Shown one piece after another: positions 60,885 to 64,000 of a stretch of 64,000 bases of DNA. The translations under genes were made by a program, and so were the position numbers. Every line of letters starts with the position of its first letter. Position 1 is the first letter of the stretch. This DNA is from an uncultured delta proteobacterium (GTDB taxonomy: Bacteria; Myxococcota; Kuafuiibacteriia; Kuafuiibacteriales; Kuafuiibacteriaceae). The DNA is taken from NCBI GenBank assembly GCA_963803435.1, contig CAWDML010000005.1, forward strand, positions 96,001-160,000, in the 5' to 3' direction. Under the pieces are notes generated by a model. It was not told the origin of the DNA, searched no databases, and saw only the letters and a program-made list of their open reading frames with translations.

Positions 60885-62066
60885 TCAGCCGGGTCCGAAA
60901 TCTCTAGCGTGTAGATCCTTTGTGTGATCTACGTGGTTCGTGGGGGCGAACAAAGGACCTCGAAAAACGGAGATCACGCTGACTGACGACGAACAGCGCG
61001 AGCTCGAACGATTGACTCGTCGCGTGCGGTCGAATCGACAGCTGGCACTTCGCGCGAAACTGGTGCTGAGCAGTTCCACTGGCGCGACCGATGCGGCGGT
61101 GGCGCGGAACCATCACGTGTCTCACCACACCGTTCGTCTGTGGAGAAGGCGGTTTGCGGAGTGCCGTCTCGAGGGGCTGTACGACCAGCCTCGCGTCGGC
61201 GCTCCGCGAAAGATCAGTGATGATCAGGTTGAAGAGATCGTGGTGCAAACGCTGGAAACGACGCCGAAGGGCCGTACGCATTGGAGCACGCGGAAGATGG
61301 CAAAGAATGCCGGGGTGAGCGCCAGTAGCGTCGGACGGATCTGGCGGGCGCATGGCCTCAAGCCCCACGTCGTTCGCGGTTTCAAGTTGTCGAACGATCC
61401 GCAGTTCATCTCGAAGATTCGCGACGTCGTCGGTCTGTACATGAGCCCGCCCGACAACGCTGTCGTGTTCTCCTTCGACGAGAAGCCGCAGGTCCAGGCG
61501 CTGGAGCGTGCTCAACCGATCCTTCCGATGGATCTCGGGATGCCCGAGCGACAGACCCACAACTACATCCGCCACGGAACGCTCGACCTCTTCGCCGCCC
61601 TCAACGTCGCCACGGGCAAGGTCATCGCGCAGACCAAGGCACGACACCGAGCGAAGGACTTCGTCGCATTCCTCGGGACGATCGACAACGCGGTAGAGCC
61701 GGAACTTGACGTTCACGTCATCCTCGACAACCTCGCGACGCACAAGACTCCACAGGTTAAGAGGTGGCTGCTACGCAATCCGCGCTTCCAGCTCCACTTC
61801 ACACCAACCTATTCCTCATGGCTAAACCTGGTGGAACGGTTCTTCGCACTGCTGACCGAGGAAGCACTCACTCGCGGCTCCCACACCAGCGTCCCGGTAC
61901 TTCGCAAGGCGATCGTCGACTACGTCGAAGTGCACAACGAAGAAGGCAAGCCCTTCGTATGGACGAAGACGGCCGACGAGATCCTCGACAAGATCATGGA
62001 TTTCGGCAGACGCACAAAGCAGGTCCACCGCGGATAAATGCGCTAGAAATCAGTGATCCAGCTGAC
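60884..62066. mobile_element. IS630-family insertion sequence
   Basis: Imperfect 26-bp TIRs GTCAGCCGGGTCCGAAATCTCTAGCG / GTCAGCTGGATCACTGATTTCTAGCG; TA duplication within CTAG. Confidence 0.9.
60940..62037 (+). CDS. IS630-family transposase (apparently intact)
   Basis: HTH, THWSTR, FKLSNDP, SFDEKP, YIRHGT, ILDNLATHK, TPTYSSWLNLVE. Confidence 0.95.
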   Translation: MGANKGPRKTEITLTDDEQRELERLTRRVRSNRQLALRAKLVLSSSTGATDAAVARNHHVSHHTVRLWRRRFAECRLEGLYDQPRVGAPRKISDDQVEEIVVQTLETTPKGRTHWSTRKMAKNAGVSASSVGRIWRAHGLKPHVVRGFKLSNDPQFISKIRDVVGLYMSPPDNAVVFSFDEKPQVQALERAQPILPMDLGMPERQTHNYIRHGTLDLFAALNVATGKVIAQTKARHRAKDFVAFLGTIDNAVEPELDVHVILDNLATHKTPQVKRWLLRNPRFQLHFTPTYSSWLNLVERFFALLTEEALTRGSHTSVPVLRKAIVDYVEVHNEEGKPFVWTKTADEILDKIMDFGRRTKQVHRG

Positions 62067-62155
62067 TAGGAGCGTGTAGCGCGTAAGCGCTCACGCGACC
62101 CCGGTCCGGGTCCCGGTCCCGGTCCGGGTCCCGATCTGAAGATGGCTGCCTTGAG

Positions 62156-63100
62156 TCAGACGCTCGCGACGGTCGCGAGCTTCGATCGGTAGAGCTTGAG
62201 CAGGTTGTGGGTGAGGCAGACGAGCGTCCCCTCGGCTCGTACCTTGAAGAAGGAGCGGAGCGAGAACCGGCGGAATCCTCGTGCCGCTTTGATCTGTCCG
62301 AGCGCCGGTTCGACGATACTCTTCCTGCGGGGGTAGACCGCCTTGCCGTCGCGCGTTTGCAACTTGTCGCGCATTCGCTTGCGAGCGAGGAGGCAGGTGT
62401 GGGCTCCGAAGCTGATGAGGACGGAGTCGACGCGTCTTGGTTCTGTTCGGGTCCAACAGCGATGTGGGCATCGATCTGATTGTTGTCGCAGAATTCGATG
62501 TTGGTCGCGCTCAGATAGCCGTTGTCTGCCGTCATCTTCCGCGGAGCATCGCCGCAGTTGCCGAACACATCACGGAGCATCGGGACGAGGTGTTGCTGAT
62601 CAGGTGCCTGGTTGCTGACCCCTTCGGCGACAATCACCTGAGCGTGCTCATCTACGACAACTTGGGCATTGTAGGCCTGGAGGTACGCTCCCTCCTTCAA
62701 CATGATCCTGCTGTCTGAGTCGGTGAAGTTCCTCTGAGCGTTGGGCCTCGGTGTGCCGTCCACATTTGCAGGAACGCGATGATGCGGCCATCCATCACTT
62801 CGTTCAGTTGGGTCTGGGGATGGTTCGAGCTGGTCAGCCTGCGCTCTTGCCTTCTCGGCTCGAGTTCTCGTCTCGCTTCTGCTCCACCCGATCCACAAGA
62901 GCATCATCCGCTTTGCTCTGCTGCTCTTCGGCTTGCCTGCGCAATTTCTCCGCGCGAGCCCTGGCGGCAGCCTGTTCCAGCGCAGCCTTAACTTCTTGAA
63001 TGCGGGCAAGGCGGGATTCACGGCGAGCGAGCTCCGCTGCTCGGCCATCCGCTCGTAGGTCATCGCCTTGTGCTTGCTCGCGTTCGCCTGCACCTTCGCG
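62156..63100 (-). pseudogene. IS1182-family transposase, C-terminal half, frameshifted
   Basis: QRNFTDSDSRIM, QAYNAQ, ADNGY, RKSIVEPALGQIK..GFRRFSLR, THNLLKL. Confidence 0.9.
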
Positions 63101-63194
63101 TCGAAGTCGATCCGCCCAACGATCGATTCCAGACGAAACGACCTCCAAGAACTCCTGCTGGTCAAAGTGGACGAGCTACCGCAAGCTAGCTTGC

Positions 63195-63441
63195 ATGGTC
63201 ACTTTCGATCACGAGAAGCTCGAGGCCTACCAGCTCGCCGTCGAGTATGCCGACATCGCTGAAGAGATCGCACAAGAACTGCAACCCGGTCACGCTCACG
63301 TCCGCGATCAGCTTCGGCGGGCATCCGATTCCATCGTGAACAACACCGCCGAGGGCGCCGGAGAGTTCAATCAAGCTCAAGCGCGTTGTCGAGATGCTCA
63401 CGCGCCTCATCAAGTCGATGAACGCACGCCGGGCTGCATGA
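63195..63441 (+). pseudogene. Four-helix-bundle protein with an internal deletion of about 122 bp
   Basis: MVTFDHEKLEAYQLAVEYAD..TAEGAGEFN, then joined to AAGCTCAAGCGCG. Confidence 0.85.
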
Positions 63442-63511
63442 TCGCCATCGGGACCGGGACCGGGACCGGGACCCGGACCGGGCTCGCGGCAGCGCTACGC
63501 GCTACACGCTC

Positions 63512-64000
63512 CTAGAGCCGTACGTAGTCGAACTCGAGCGGTCGTCCCTTGATCCCGCTCTTCGGTGCGCCGACCCAGCTCGCCATCTTCCCCGGCTCGG
63601 TCACCTGAACCTGGATGCTCTGGATGTACGCGCGGTCCCGATCGTTCACCAGCCACTCGTCCTGCTTCGCGTTCCACGTCTCCTCGGAGACGAGGTTGCC
63701 CTTCGGATCGAAGCGATGCCCAGCGTACTCGCCGATCTGCCGGTTGAAGCGCCGCGAGGGGAGCTCGAGGCGCGCGTCCACGCCCGCCTTCTCGAGCACC
63801 TTGTTCCAGCGGTCGAGCGACTTCTGATTGTCGTCGATGTACTCCTCGCGCAGCACCTCGTTCATCGCGTTGCGCAGCGGCACGTTCTCCTGGGCGAGCT
63901 TGCCGTCGCGCACCACGGTCATGTCGAAGCCGGCGTCGCCCAGCAGCAGGTGGTCCTCGTACTTCTTCATCTCGTAGGCGCGGCCCTTGATGCCCGACGC
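63512..64000 (-). CDS. boxB: Benzoyl-CoA 2,3-epoxidase subunit B, 3' part
   Basis: AMNEVLREEYI..RWN..FNRQIG..EPGKMASWVG.P..GI..EFDYVRL. Confidence 0.85.
   Translation of the reverse strand, partial: ASGIKGRAYEMKKYEDHLLLGDAGFDMTVVRDGKLAQENVPLRNAMNEVLREEYIDDNQKSLDRWNKVLEKAGVDARLELPSRRFNRQIGEYAGHRFDPKGNLVSEETWNAKQDEWLVNDRDRAYIQSIQVQVTEPGKMASWVGAPKSGIKGRPLEFDYVRL

Larger units (their letters stand above)
62070..63511. mobile_element. IS1182-family element carrying a four-helix-bundle gene, copy 2 (inverted relative to copy 1, internally deleted)
   Basis: Same termini and hexamer arrays as copy 1; CTAG at 62066-62069 and 63512-63515. Confidence 0.88.

Noticed and set aside
63415-63515. GTGTGT / DRDPDR repeat peptides at ORF ends
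   Set aside because: Incidental translations of the hexamer arrays caused by upstream deletions

Overview
High-GC (about 70%) bacterial chromosome segment whose gene content points to Myxococcota (FrgA-like protein, FHA-sigma54 activator, PilZ/DUF4388, DUF2330). Most of it is housekeeping or accessory: a TatT-type TRAP transporter, an ArsA-like ATPase pair, an amino-acid decarboxylase, an M16 peptidase, an ABC1 kinase, a Rieske/cytochrome b operon, an RND pump, FadL, trmB, epmA, arcA, MMPL and the 3' end of boxB. The most unusual content is three copies of one roughly 2.1-kb mobile element (19614-20884, 47406-47684 partial, 62070-63511). It pairs an IS1182-family transposase with a divergent four-helix-bundle (23S-IVS/Avd-like) gene and has inverted ends carrying (GGGACC)n arrays that fit a G-quadruplex pattern. 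Each copy sits at a (C/T)TAG that serves as the overlapping stop codon of two convergent host genes. Each copy is broken by different deletions, one is fused to a group II intron RT remnant, and one has an IS630 stacked at its end. The cytochrome b subunit IV also appears to have its N-terminal segment split off as a divergent microprotein. Several single-base frameshifts look like sequencing errors. No rRNA, tRNA or CRISPR array was seen. Coordinates and deletion sizes were counted by hand, and family assignments come from motif recognition, not database searches.
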